A stretch of DNA of 64,000 nucleotides from an uncultured Chloroflexia bacterium (GTDB taxonomy: Bacteria; Chloroflexota; Limnocylindria; QHBO01), in contig CAWEPF010000008.1 in assembly GCA_963810925.1 (NCBI GenBank), positions 57,994 through 121,993 of the forward strand, given 5' to 3'. Of this stretch, positions 30,596 through 40,157 are shown in pieces (within the stretch, counting starts at the first letter, position 1; each line of letters opens with the position of its first letter). A program made the position numbers and the translations under genes. The notes below the pieces were generated by a model. That model was given only the letters and a program-made list of their open reading frames with translations, was not told where the DNA came from and did not search any database.

Positions 30596-31526
30596 CTAGC
30601 CCGAGGCGGCGTCGAGCAGGGCGCGGGCCAGCGCCGCGCGATCGTCATCGGTCTGCATCACGGTCGGCAGCACGACCGCCCGGAAGCCTTCGGCGGTGAC
30701 GGCATCGGTCAGTTCGGCATCGGACTCGTCGAGCACCCACTCCTGGACCAGTCCGGCGTACAGGCGGGCGACCCCGACCGCGCTCACCTCGTGACCGAGC
30801 GAGCTCATCATCCGATCGGTAGGCCCCTTGAGCGCCTTCCCAGCCACGATGGGGCTGACCCCCACTCCGTCGTCCGGGCGCGGCGGCCAGCGCCTCGCGC
30901 ATCCCCGGCATGGCCAGGATGGGCTCGATGCTGACCAGGGGGTTGGATGGACCGATGACCACGAGGTCGGCCCGCGAGACGGCGTCCAGCACCTCGTCGG
31001 TGGGCGGGGCGGATGCGGCGCCCTCGAAGCTGATGCCCCGGACCTCGTCCCGCTGGCCTCGCTCCACGAAGTAGCGCTGGAACTCGAGGTCTCCGTCGTC
31101 GGTCAGGATCCGGGTCCGGAGCCGTCCATCGGTCGCGGGCAGGATCCGACTGGGCACCCCCAGGGCCGCGGCCATGTCGGCCGTGACCCGGGTCAGGCTG
31201 GCGCCCCGGCGCAGCTGCGCAGTGCGGCGGACGAGCGTGCCCAGGTCCGCGTCACCGAGCCAGAACCACGTTTCCTCGCCGTACCGCTCGAGCATGGTCA
31301 GGGCGCGATCGGTGTCCCCGGCCACGCCCCACCCGCGGTCGCGGTCGACCAGGCCGGCGAGGGTGTACAGGACGCTGTCCAGGTCCGGGCTGACGTGAAG
31401 ACCGAACAGCTCCAGGTCGTCGCCAACGTTGACGATCACGTCCAGCGAGCCGCCCGGCACGACCTGCTGGAATCCGTGCGCCAGCTTGGCGCCCCCCGTG
31501 CCGCCCGACAGGAGCGCGACGCGCAT
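30596..31526 (-). pseudogene. cofD: 2-phospho-L-lactate transferase (CofD/FbiA), frame disruption at ~30866-30880
   Basis: MRVALLSGGTGGAKL..IGPSNPLVSIEPIL is in ORF 30645..31625, starting at ATG 31526. The C-terminus VGVSPIVAGKALKGP.. is in ORF 30596..30865. Confidence 0.85.
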
Positions 31527-31680
31527 GGCCGGAGAGTACCGCGCCCTTGGGTGGGCGTCGCCCCGGAGACGCGTGGAGCCCGCAGTCTGGCCGCAGTCTG
31601 GCCAGAGTGGAGCCGCAGGAACCACCTCCTAGGGTCGCCTTCGTGCGGATTCGCACGGATCCCCGACAAGGAGACAGACC

Positions 31681-32172
31681 ATGCGTCACTCAGTCATCCG
31701 GATCGCGGCGTTGGCCGCGGCCATCAGCATCATGGCCGCGTTGCCGGCCACCGCCGGAGCGGCCACCACCGGTGGCGGCCAGTTCGGCGCGGCCACCCTC
31801 ACCGTTTCGGTGGGCAAGGCCACGCTCAGCCAGAAGCTCGTGGTCAATGTCCCAGTGACGATCACCTGCACCCGCAACCCGGGCGCACCACCGGAGTTCC
31901 CCCAGTACGGGACCTCGCTCCAGGTCAGTATCGTCGAGGCGATCGGGAAGAAAAGCACGATGGGGAGTGCGTATGCGTCGGGCGTTGCTTGTGACGGCTT
32001 GGCCCACACCCTCGCGTTGCAGGTCATTGCCGAGCCGGCTTCCGGTGGTCTGCACTTCCGCAAGGGCGTGGCCGCCGTGAACGCCACCGCGTCGGCCTCG
32101 GGCTACGACGCCAACTTCATGTACGGAACTGACTCTGTCAGCACCGGCTGGGAGACGCTGAAGATCAAGTAG
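31681..32172 (+). CDS. Secreted protein of unknown function
   Basis: 163 aa with signal peptide MRHSVIRIAALAAAISIMAALPATAGA. A strong AAGGAGA lies 6 nt upstream of the ATG, and a strong hairpin lies downstream. Confidence 0.7.
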   Translation: MRHSVIRIAALAAAISIMAALPATAGAATTGGGQFGAATLTVSVGKATLSQKLVVNVPVTITCTRNPGAPPEFPQYGTSLQVSIVEAIGKKSTMGSAYASGVACDGLAHTLALQVIAEPASGGLHFRKGVAAVNATASASGYDANFMYGTDSVSTGWETLKIK

Positions 32173-32196
32173 GACTCGAGAAAGTCCTCCGAAACT

Positions 32197-32227
32197 CGAG
32201 GGGTCGCGCTCCATGCGCGGCCCCTCG
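32197..32227. terminator. Bidirectional stem-loop between convergent genes
   Basis: CGAGGGGtCGCGCtccatGCGCGgCCCCTCG, 7+5 bp nested stems. It lies between the stop of 31681..32172 (+) and the stop of 32237..33172 (-). There is no clear U-tract. Confidence 0.5.
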
Positions 32228-32236
32228 TTCACGTCG

Positions 32237-33172
32237 TCAGGCGGCCTCGAGCATCGGTCGCACTTCGGTCGCGAAGCGCTCCATGGACTCACGGTCATAC
32301 GGCGATGGGAAGCCGCCGATCAGGTGGCGGTAGCCGATCTCCAGGTACGGCCGCAGCATGTCGGCCACTTCCTCCGGCGTGCCGAACGCCTGGTTGGGCC
32401 ACGTCCGCGCCCCGCCGTTGTGGTCAGCGATCTCGTGGAGGACCCGCTCCGCCTCGGCGTGGGAGTCGCGGATGACGACGATCCCCAGCCCAGCGGTCCG
32501 CTCGATCTCGGCCGGGTCGCGGCCCACCTCGGCGCAATGCTGGAGCAGCACCTGCTCCTTGTGCGCGACGCGCTCGAAGCCGCCGCCCAGGTTACAGGCA
32601 TCAGCCAGCCGGGCCACGATCCGGAGCGTCACTCGCTCGCCGCCGCCCCCAACCAGGATGGGGAGATGGGCCTGGACCGGCGGCGGGTCGTTGCGGACCT
32701 CGGAGGCGGCGTATCGGTCCGAGCCGGACGGCTCGGTTCCGTCGAACATCCCGCGCATGATGACCACCGCCTCCTCGAGCCAGCGAAGCCGTTCACCGGG
32801 CGACGCCCCGAACTCGAGCCCGAAGTCGTGGTGCTCCTCGTCGTTCCAGGCCGCACCGATGCCGCAGATCATCCGCCCGCCGCTCATGTGATCCAGCTGG
32901 GTGACCATCTTTGCGGTCACCGCGGGGTTTCGGAACGGGTTCGCGCCGACCATGAGTCCCATCCGGATGCGGCTGGTGGCCGCCGCCCAGCCGGCCAGGC
33001 TGAGGTAGCCCTCGAACATCGGTCCGGTGGAGCTGCCCACGATGGGATACAGGTGGTCCCAGGTCCACAGCGTGTCGTAGCCCAGCTCCTCGGCCCGGAT
33101 GCCGGCCTCGCGGAAGGAGGCCCAGTCGCTGTACTGGGGCCAGGGCAGGGCGCCGAGCTTGACTTTGGGCAC
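32237..33172 (-). CDS. LLM-class (luciferase-like) F420-dependent oxidoreductase
   Basis: 311 aa. WTWDHL..MFEGYLSLAGWAAATSRIRMGLMVGANPFRNPAV..GGRMICGIGAAW is typical of the LLM F420 subfamily. Confidence 0.8.
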   Translation of the reverse strand: MPKVKLGALPWPQYSDWASFREAGIRAEELGYDTLWTWDHLYPIVGSSTGPMFEGYLSLAGWAAATSRIRMGLMVGANPFRNPAVTAKMVTQLDHMSGGRMICGIGAAWNDEEHHDFGLEFGASPGERLRWLEEAVVIMRGMFDGTEPSGSDRYAASEVRNDPPPVQAHLPILVGGGGERVTLRIVARLADACNLGGGFERVAHKEQVLLQHCAEVGRDPAEIERTAGLGIVVIRDSHAEAERVLHEIADHNGGARTWPNQAFGTPEEVADMLRPYLEIGYRHLIGGFPSPYDRESMERFATEVRPMLEAA

Positions 33173-33198
33173 GTCTTCTCCGCTGCGTAGGGACGGCG

Positions 33199-33405
33199 CT
33201 AGCCGACGCGCCTATCTCGCCGCAGCAAGAAGAGGTAGACGCCAGCACCGACGACAGCGGCAAACACCCAGGACAGGAAGTTCGCGGAGCCGAAGACCCA
33301 CTGCGCCATGAGCGTGATCGCGAACCACGCGATAACGGCCGAACCGAGTGCGATCCCAAGGCGGCGAACGACCGTGATCATGTCGCCACCGGTGCTGATG
33401 GTCAC
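33199..33405 (-). CDS. Small two-TM membrane protein (hypothetical)
   Basis: 68 aa with two hydrophobic helices. The GTG start overlaps the stop of the upstream PPOX gene (GTGA). Confidence 0.45.
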   Translation of the reverse strand: MTISTGGDMITVVRRLGIALGSAVIAWFAITLMAQWVFGSANFLSWVFAAVVGAGVYLFLLRRDRRVG

Positions 33406-33818
33406 GGGTGCCAGATGACCCGCTCGATCTGGACGCGGATGTTGATCCGCTCACCCACCGCGAACGATCCCTCCCCTTCGCCATACCGATGCGCCATGGC
33501 CCAGATCCCTGCCATCCCCGGATCGGGCGAGAGCTCGGCGGTGCCTTCGATGGTCAGGTAGTTGGTCTCGTCCTCGAAGCACAGTGACACTCTCGGGTCA
33601 CGCTGGAGGTGGCGGTGCTTGAGCCGCCCGGCCAGGGTGTTCAGCAGGACGACGTCGTGATCGGGATCAAGGTCGAACCACACCACCGACTGGCTGGGCA
33701 TGCCGTGCGCCCCCACGGTGGCCATGACCGCCCAGCGCACCTTGGCCATGAGCCACTCGCGGTGCTCGGGCTTCAGGAAGGCTTCGGTGTCGAGGCTGGT
33801 CGTGGCAGGAGGCGTCAT
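33402..33818 (-). CDS. PPOX-class (pyridoxamine 5'-phosphate oxidase-like) F420-dependent oxidoreductase
   Basis: AVMATVGAHGMPSQSVVWFDLD..RDPRVSLCFEDE..YLTIEGTAEL is typical of PPOX-class F420 enzymes. Start chosen at MTPPATT; the track ORF starts at GTG 33851. Confidence 0.7.
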   Translation of the reverse strand: MTPPATTSLDTEAFLKPEHREWLMAKVRWAVMATVGAHGMPSQSVVWFDLDPDHDVVLLNTLAGRLKHRHLQRDPRVSLCFEDETNYLTIEGTAELSPDPGMAGIWAMAHRYGEGEGSFAVGERINIRVQIERVIWHP

Positions 33819-33889
33819 GGGAGTCGCATGGTAAACCGAAGGCGGTCCCACGCCGTGAAGCCCTGGCGCGCGCCCCCTGGCAGGGAGGC

Positions 33890-34048
33890 CTAGTAGGCCG
33901 GCGCGTAGGGGCTGGCGGTCGCCCCGGGTTGCTCGGACGTTGCCTGTGGCACCGAGGCGGGCGCCTGGGACCCACCGCCCGGACTGGGCTGGCAGGCCGC
34001 GAGCAGGAGTACGACCAGGGCCGCGGCCACCGCCGCTCGAATTCGCAT
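33890..34048 (-). CDS. Small lipoprotein (hypothetical)
   Basis: 52 aa, MRIRAAVAAALVVLLLAAC with a lipobox (LAAC). This is the C-terminal part of track ORF 33890..34309. Confidence 0.4.
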   Translation of the reverse strand: MRIRAAVAAALVVLLLAACQPSPGGGSQAPASVPQATSEQPGATASPYAPAY

Positions 34049-34083
34049 GTCACTCACGATACTGCGCGCCCTCAAACGGAGGT

Positions 34084-34734
34084 TCACTCCTCCACCGGTG
34101 GAAGCGCCGCCAGGATGGCTTCGAACGCCGCTGGATCGGTGGTGGACACGAAGTACAGGGTGTCCTCGACGGCGTACAGCGCGATGGGCGTCGGGAAGTC
34201 CTCGTTCGGCTCGGCCACCTCGACCGACTTCCCGCCGATCGTGCCCGGCGTCCAGACCAGCGGGGCCCCACAGGACTCGGCCGGAGATGCCCCACTTGCC
34301 GGGCGGCAACCCTCGGCGCTGGCCTTGAACTGATCGGTCAGATCCGAGGCCGTTGAGCCGGCCACCTGGAAGGCGAAAATGCTCGCGGTCTGGTTGCCCG
34401 ACGCATTGGCACCGATGGCCACCGCCACCGCGACCTGGTCGATGTCGGCGCCGAGTCCGTTGATGAAGGCCACGAACTGGTCGTCGATCTCGGCGTCCAC
34501 GAAGTCGGGGCCGCTCATCGAGAAGCTTTGGAACACGATCCCGCCGGCTTCGTCGGGAAGCGTCGCCTCCAGGTCGGGTGCGCCCACGAAGGACGGGATG
34601 GCGCCGGAGGCAGCCGCGTCCGGCGTCGGCGATACCGATGCCGATGACTGGCAGGCCACGGCCATGACCATGGCGAGCAGCAGCACGCCCGCGCCTGCGG
34701 CGTGGGATCGGGTTCGCATCGGTCTGGTGCCCAT
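34084..34734 (-). CDS. Lipoprotein of unknown function
   Basis: The signal peptide and lipobox are GAGVLLLAMVMAVAC. Start at ATG 34734, with GAGG about 10 nt upstream. The track ORF extends to 34809, into the upstream gene. Confidence 0.6.
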   Translation of the reverse strand: MGTRPMRTRSHAAGAGVLLLAMVMAVACQSSASVSPTPDAAASGAIPSFVGAPDLEATLPDEAGGIVFQSFSMSGPDFVDAEIDDQFVAFINGLGADIDQVAVAVAIGANASGNQTASIFAFQVAGSTASDLTDQFKASAEGCRPASGASPAESCGAPLVWTPGTIGGKSVEVAEPNEDFPTPIALYAVEDTLYFVSTTDPAAFEAILAALPPVEE

Positions 34735-34745
34735 CTCGGTCTGCC

Positions 34746-36131
34746 TCAGCGGAGGTACTCGCTCCGGGCCCGCTTCAGGAACCGTCCGTCGCCCTTGGCG
34801 CCCAGCCACTGGTCGCCATCGACGATGACCTTGCCCCGCGAGAGGACGACGTCCGCCCCGCCCTGGACCTCGCGGCCCTCGTAGCAGGAGTAGTCCACGG
34901 CCATGTGATGGGTCGAGGAGCTGATCGTGTGACGGCGATTCGGGTCGTAGACCACGAGGTCCGCATCGGCCCCAACCGCGACCGCGCCCTTATGGGGCAG
35001 GCCGAACAACCGGGCCGGAGCGGTCGACACCAGCTCGACCCATCGGTTGGCGGTCAGGTGGCCGCCCACCACGCCGCCGTCATGCATGAGGTCCACCCGG
35101 TTCTCGACCCCGGGCAGGCCGTTGGGGACCTTGCGGAAGTCGCCCACGCCCAGGTCCTTCTGGCCGTGGAAGTCGAACGGGCAGTGGTCGGTGCTGACCA
35201 CCTGGAGATCGTCGTGGACGAGGCCCTTCCACAGCTCCGGCGCGTGGTCGGCCGGGCGCAGCGGCGGGGAGCACACGAACTTGGCGCCCTCGAATCCGTT
35301 GCCCATGTCCTCCAGGGTCAGGAACAGGTACTGCGGGCACGTCTCGGCGTACGCGGGCAGTCCCTCGTCCCGGGCCCGGCGGACCTCTTCCAGGGCCTCG
35401 CGCGCGGACAGGTGGACGATGTACACCGGCGCCCCGGCCGCCTGGGCGAGGCGAATGACCCGGTTGGACGCCTCGCCTTCGAGGACCGGCGACCGCGACG
35501 TGCCGTGGTAGTACGGATCGGTGTGGCCGGCCTCGACGGTCTGGCCCGCCACGACGTCAATCGCCAGTCCATTCTCCGCGTGCATCATGATCAGGCCGCC
35601 GTTCTTCACGGTCTGCTGCAGGGCCCGGAAGATCGCGCCGTCATCGGAGAAGAAGACGCCTGGGTAGGCGGTGAACAGCTTGAAGGTGGTCACGCCCTCG
35701 TCGACCAGGGTGTCCATCTCGGCCAGGACGTCGTCGCGGACGTCGCTGATGATCATGTGGAAGCCGTAGTCGATCGTCGCGTTGCCATCGGCCTTGGCAT
35801 GCCAGGCATCCAGGCCCTCGCGGAGGCTCTTGCCGCGCGACTGGACCGCGAAGTCGATGATCGTGGTCGTCCCGCCGAACGCCGCCGCCCGGGTGCCCGT
35901 CTCGAACGTGTCCTTGGCGAACGTGCCGCCGAACGGCAGCTCCATGTGGGTGTGGACGTCGATCGCGCCCGGGATCACCCACTTGCCGGCGGCATCAATG
36001 GTCCGGTCGGCCGTCGTGGACGAGGCCAGATCGGTACCGATGAGCGCAATCTGCTCGCCATCGACCAGGACGTCGCCGGTCGTCGTGGCATCGGCATTGA
36101 CGATGGTGCCGTTGGTGATGAGCGTCTTCAT
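34746..36131 (-). CDS. Dihydropyrimidinase (D-hydantoinase)
   Basis: 461 aa. Motifs seen: PGAIDVHTHMELPFGGT, FKLF (carbamylated Lys region), MMHAENG, YIVHLS, VSTDHCPF. Confidence 0.9.
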   Translation of the reverse strand: MKTLITNGTIVNADATTTGDVLVDGEQIALIGTDLASSTTADRTIDAAGKWVIPGAIDVHTHMELPFGGTFAKDTFETGTRAAAFGGTTTIIDFAVQSRGKSLREGLDAWHAKADGNATIDYGFHMIISDVRDDVLAEMDTLVDEGVTTFKLFTAYPGVFFSDDGAIFRALQQTVKNGGLIMMHAENGLAIDVVAGQTVEAGHTDPYYHGTSRSPVLEGEASNRVIRLAQAAGAPVYIVHLSAREALEEVRRARDEGLPAYAETCPQYLFLTLEDMGNGFEGAKFVCSPPLRPADHAPELWKGLVHDDLQVVSTDHCPFDFHGQKDLGVGDFRKVPNGLPGVENRVDLMHDGGVVGGHLTANRWVELVSTAPARLFGLPHKGAVAVGADADLVVYDPNRRHTISSSTHHMAVDYSCYEGREVQGGADVVLSRGKVIVDGDQWLGAKGDGRFLKRARSEYLR

Positions 36132-36175
36132 GGACCGATGGTAGCGCCCAACGCGGCGGTCGTATCCTGCACCGC

Positions 36176-36832
36176 GTGCCCGATCCTTTCGTCGGTCTGC
36201 CCCTGCTGGTCGCGATGGGATGGGTCGTCCGCGTGCCCGTGCTCAGCCCGGAGGAAGGGCACGAGGCCATCACCCGCGCCTCATGGGACGGGCTCGGGCT
36301 GACGGCTTCGCAACAGAAGGCGTTGGTCCGCGGTGTCCGTGCGCCTGATGTCTCGATTCGCGGCCTGGCCGTGTTCGCGTTCCCGTCGCGCCAGCCCCGC
36401 CACGCGCTCCGCGCGCATGGGTCCACGAGCACTAAGGAGGGCGTCGCCGCCATGCGCGCGTTTCTGGTCGCCCGTCACCGTCGAGCGCTCGCGACCGGGG
36501 ACGAGCGGCGGCGCTGGATGGAGCTGGGCGAGATCCTGCACTGCATCCAGGACTCCTACTCCCCCGCCCACGCCGATCGCGACGGGGCGCGCATCCTGCG
36601 GATGAAGCATTGGGGACCATTCGACCTGCGGCGAGGCGCGGACGAGCACGGGTTCCCGACCGATGTCCGGGATCAGGCCGTGGTCGACGGGGCCCTGACC
36701 GAAGCGGCCCTCGCTGCCGCCACGACCTGCCACCGGTATCTCGAGCTCGCGCTGCGGCAGATGGAGGGTCATGACGACCTCCGCGGAGCCGATGCGGAGC
36801 TCACCGCTTTCCTGGACGGCTGGGCGGCCTAG
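36176..36832 (+). CDS. Hypothetical protein with zinc-dependent phospholipase C / P1-nuclease-like His/Asp motif
   Basis: 218 aa. LHCIQDSYSPAH resembles the HxxxDxxxPxH motif of that fold. The N-terminal boundary is uncertain (GTG 36176 or ATG 36215). Confidence 0.4.
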   Translation: MPDPFVGLPLLVAMGWVVRVPVLSPEEGHEAITRASWDGLGLTASQQKALVRGVRAPDVSIRGLAVFAFPSRQPRHALRAHGSTSTKEGVAAMRAFLVARHRRALATGDERRRWMELGEILHCIQDSYSPAHADRDGARILRMKHWGPFDLRRGADEHGFPTDVRDQAVVDGALTEAALAAATTCHRYLELALRQMEGHDDLRGADAELTAFLDGWAA

Positions 36833-36901
36833 CCAGCTCGACAGCAACCGTGCGCTTGTGCCCACGGCACCCGGTGCACACACTGTCCGGGGAGGTGATG
36901 G

Positions 36902-38209
36902 ATGCGGATCTCGGTGGCTCGGCTCGCCGCAGCCGTTCTGCTGCTGGCGGTTTCGGCATGCAGTTCGTCCTCCGGAAGTGCGTCTCCGGCTGGGACCACG
37001 TCGGCATCCCCCGTCGCCAGCGGGTCGCCCGCGGCAGGGTCTCCGCTTGACGGCACGTGGATCACACCGCGCCTTACCCGGGACGACGTAGCCGCTGCCC
37101 TTGCATCAGGTGGATTTGACGAGGCAGACCGTGATTCAGTCTTCCCGACGAATCTCGTGGTGGACTGGTACATGGCCGAGCTGGTCATCGGGGACGGACA
37201 GTGGACCGAGAATGATCTGGGCGACGGCGTTCCCATCGGTGGGCTGGGAGAAGCGACGGCGGAGTTCGTGGACGACACGACCGTCGTCGTGACCCTCGGC
37301 GCCGACTGCGCCATCAGCCTTCAGTACACCGTCGCGTCCGACGAACTCGGATTCGAAGTGGGACAGATCACGTGCGCTGACCCGCTGCTGCCCGCGATCG
37401 CGACGGCGATCTATGAGTCCGCCCACTTCCACCGTGCCGATGCCACCGGTGTCGCCCTGACCGAGCCTCCCGGGCCGTCGGGCGACCCGCCTTCGCCCAG
37501 CACCTCGTCCGAGCGGCTCAGCCTCCATCCGCCTGGGTCCATGGCTGGCACCGCACTGGCCTTCGCCGAATATCTACCGCGCGGGTACGGCGATGGCACG
37601 CCCAGTCCACTGCTCGTCTTCCTGCATGGGTCGGGCGAGAGCGCGCACGACGACCTGGATTCGCTGCCCAGCCTGTTTGGCACCGGCATCCCGGCCCTGA
37701 TCCAGGAGGACCGCTGGCCGGATCAGCGGCCATTCGTCGTCCTCATGCCCCAGCACGTCGAGGACCCGCCCGCGTACTGCTTCACGCCGAACGAGGTCGA
37801 CGCGTTCCTCCGGTTTGCGATGACCCAATACCAGGTCGATCCGGCCCGGGTCTATCTGACAGGCCTCAGCTGCGGGGCGCTGGGGGCGTGGAACTATCTC
37901 GGGGCGCATACGGACGAGATCGTCGCAGCCGCGGTCCTGATTGCGGGCAACGGCTACGGGGCCATCGATGAGGCCGGCTGCAGCCTGGGCAGCGTCCCGA
38001 TCTGGGCCATCCACGGGGCGGCGGACGACACGGTCACCCCCAACGGCAGTGCCTATCCCATCGCGGAGCTCCAGCGGTGCGGGGATCCACCAGCCGTCGA
38101 TGCGCGCTTGACGGTCTATCCGCTCTCGGGGCATGACGCCTGGACCACCACGTACCAAGTGTCCACCGGCCTGGACATCTATGACTGGATGCTGGGTTAC
38201 AGCGACTAG
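36902..38209 (+). CDS. Lipoprotein with C-terminal alpha/beta-hydrolase (esterase/peptidase-like) domain
   Basis: The signal and lipobox are LLLAVSAC. The C-terminal half has LLVFLHGSGES, the nucleophile elbow YLTGLSCGALG and WAIHGAADDTV. GGAGG lies upstream of the ATG. Confidence 0.7.
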   Translation: MRISVARLAAAVLLLAVSACSSSSGSASPAGTTSASPVASGSPAAGSPLDGTWITPRLTRDDVAAALASGGFDEADRDSVFPTNLVVDWYMAELVIGDGQWTENDLGDGVPIGGLGEATAEFVDDTTVVVTLGADCAISLQYTVASDELGFEVGQITCADPLLPAIATAIYESAHFHRADATGVALTEPPGPSGDPPSPSTSSERLSLHPPGSMAGTALAFAEYLPRGYGDGTPSPLLVFLHGSGESAHDDLDSLPSLFGTGIPALIQEDRWPDQRPFVVLMPQHVEDPPAYCFTPNEVDAFLRFAMTQYQVDPARVYLTGLSCGALGAWNYLGAHTDEIVAAAVLIAGNGYGAIDEAGCSLGSVPIWAIHGAADDTVTPNGSAYPIAELQRCGDPPAVDARLTVYPLSGHDAWTTTYQVSTGLDIYDWMLGYSD

Positions 38210-39393
38210 CGGCTGACGGAGGCCTCCGCCCAGGCGGCGGCGAAGCCGGGGATCCCGCGCTCGACCATCTCATCGGTCGCGGTCAGGCTGATCCGGAACC
38301 AGCCCGGAACCTCGACCACCGTGCCGGGGAGGACCAAGACCTTGTGGCGGGCCAAGATGTCGGTGAAGGCCACGTCATCGGTCATCGGTGAGCGGGCCAT
38401 GATGTAGAACGTGCCTTCGGGCATGGTCGTCTCGTAGCCGATCTCGCGGAGCGCCCCAACCAGCCGATCCCGACGTCGTTCCATGGCCGCCAGGTCGATG
38501 ATCAGGGGCTGCAGGTCAGGCAGCGCATGCTGGAGCAGCGCGTTCGGGAAGGCGTAGCCGGTCGCCATCTGGGCGACGAACACGGTCTCGCGGAACCGCT
38601 CGCGGTCCGGCATGGTGGGCGGCACGGTGAGGTATCCCACTCGCTGCCCGGGGGCCAGGAGCTGCTTTCCGAACGAGTAGGTCACGATCGTGTTCGGGTA
38701 CACCTCCGCGGGCGAGTGGAAGTCGCGACCATCGAACAGGATCTTGTTGTACGGCTCGTCGCTGATCAGGTAGATCGGATGACCGATGCGCGCCGACCCA
38801 TCGGTCAGGACACGGGCCACGCCGGACAGGGTGTCGACCGGGTACACGCGGCCGCTGGGGTTGTGGGGGGTGTTGAAGATCAGCGCCCGGGTGCGGGGCG
38901 TGATGGCGGCCGCCAGCGCGTCGAGGTCCGGCTCGAACGCGGGTGGGGCGAGGCGCAGCCGCACCGCATCCGCGTCGGCGGCCAGGATCATGAACTCGTA
39001 GAAGAACCACGGCGGCGACAGGAAGATGACCTCGTCGCCCGGCTCCACCACCGCCCGCATGGCCACCGCCAGGGCCGCAAAGCCGCCGTTGGTCATGGCC
39101 ACGTCCTCGGGGTCCCACGGCATCCCGGTCCGCGCCGCCAGGTCGCGCGCGACGGTGATCCGGGCCTTCGGGTCGCTGACCTGGTACGCGAACCAGTTGC
39201 GGCGCCGCGGCTCGAGGTTGGCGCGCAGGGCGTCCACGTACGCGGGCATGGGCTTCTCGAGCGGGTTGCCAACCGCGAAGTTCGAAACGTCGGGGTTCTC
39301 GTTCAGCTTCGCGAACGGTCCGTTGAAGAAGTCCAGGAAGGGCTGGATGGATGCCTGGAGCCGATCGATGCGACGGACCGATGTGGTGGCCAT
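38206..39393 (-). CDS. Class I/II PLP-dependent aminotransferase
   Basis: 395 aa. It has the NTPHNPSGRVY motif and the SFGK lysine region (YSFGKQLLAPGQRVGY). Confidence 0.85.
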   Translation of the reverse strand: MATTSVRRIDRLQASIQPFLDFFNGPFAKLNENPDVSNFAVGNPLEKPMPAYVDALRANLEPRRRNWFAYQVSDPKARITVARDLAARTGMPWDPEDVAMTNGGFAALAVAMRAVVEPGDEVIFLSPPWFFYEFMILAADADAVRLRLAPPAFEPDLDALAAAITPRTRALIFNTPHNPSGRVYPVDTLSGVARVLTDGSARIGHPIYLISDEPYNKILFDGRDFHSPAEVYPNTIVTYSFGKQLLAPGQRVGYLTVPPTMPDRERFRETVFVAQMATGYAFPNALLQHALPDLQPLIIDLAAMERRRDRLVGALREIGYETTMPEGTFYIMARSPMTDDVAFTDILARHKVLVLPGTVVEVPGWFRISLTATDEMVERGIPGFAAAWAEASVSR

Positions 39394-39417
39394 GGGACGG
39401 ACTCCTTGCGAGGGACG

Positions 39418-40077
39418 CTAGCGCTGGGCGGCGGCGATGGCACCCAGCAGGACGGTCTTGGGCGGGAAGTCCTCACAGTACTGGTATCGGTGGGTGAGGA
39501 CCAACCGGCCGTCGGTGGCCACCACGAACTCCCCGGGGAGCTGCCACGGGGAGTCGACCACCGCCCGCTCGGTGCCGCGCCGCGGCTCGCAGAACATCGT
39601 CCGGGCCGTCTCGGCGTCGTCGGGGCGCCACGGGAAGTCATGGAGGATCTGCGCCGGCTGGCCTTCCAGCAGGCCAAACGCCCGATAGGCGACTCGCTCG
39701 GGATCGCACAGGAGCGGGAATCGGTAGCCCCGTCGGGTGGCCACCGCCAGCGCCCGTTCCGGCTCTGCCTGGCAGATCGCGACCACCGTCGCTCCGGCCT
39801 CAGCGTAGTTGTCCAGCTCGTCCTTGAGGCCCTCCCAGCGTTCCATCAGGCAGGAGCAGCCGAAATGACGCATGAAGATGATCAGCGCGGGGTTGTAGGC
39901 CCAGAACTCGGACAGGCGGCGCCGGCTGCCCGACGTGTCGGGGAGCTCCAGGTCCGGCGCCGCGTCACCCGGCTGGGCGGGGAGGCTGTCGTAGCGGGTC
40001 CACGTGGGGCCGGCCAGGAATCCGGCCACCCAGCGGCCTTCGGCCGCAACCTGGAGCTCGTCCATCGACTCGGTCAT
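39418..40077 (-). CDS. Peroxiredoxin-like (AhpC/TSA-redoxin fold) protein
   Basis: LIIFMRHFGCSCLMERW..GATVVAICQAEP..FPLLCDPERVAYRAFG. Start chosen at MTESMDEL; the track ORF has an Arg/Pro-rich extension to 40212. Confidence 0.65.
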   Translation of the reverse strand: MTESMDELQVAAEGRWVAGFLAGPTWTRYDSLPAQPGDAAPDLELPDTSGSRRRLSEFWAYNPALIIFMRHFGCSCLMERWEGLKDELDNYAEAGATVVAICQAEPERALAVATRRGYRFPLLCDPERVAYRAFGLLEGQPAQILHDFPWRPDDAETARTMFCEPRRGTERAVVDSPWQLPGEFVVATDGRLVLTHRYQYCEDFPPKTVLLGAIAAAQR

Positions 40078-40157
40078 GCCGGCCCTCGCGCCATCGCGGC
40101 AAGGGTAGCGCCGATGGGTGCGGGAAATGGGCTGACGACGGACGGCCAGTAAGCCGA

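Noticed and set aside
31580-31601. A CRISPR-like or minisatellite repeat.
   Set aside because: There are only two 11-nt copies, with no spacers and no cas genes. It is too short to be an array.
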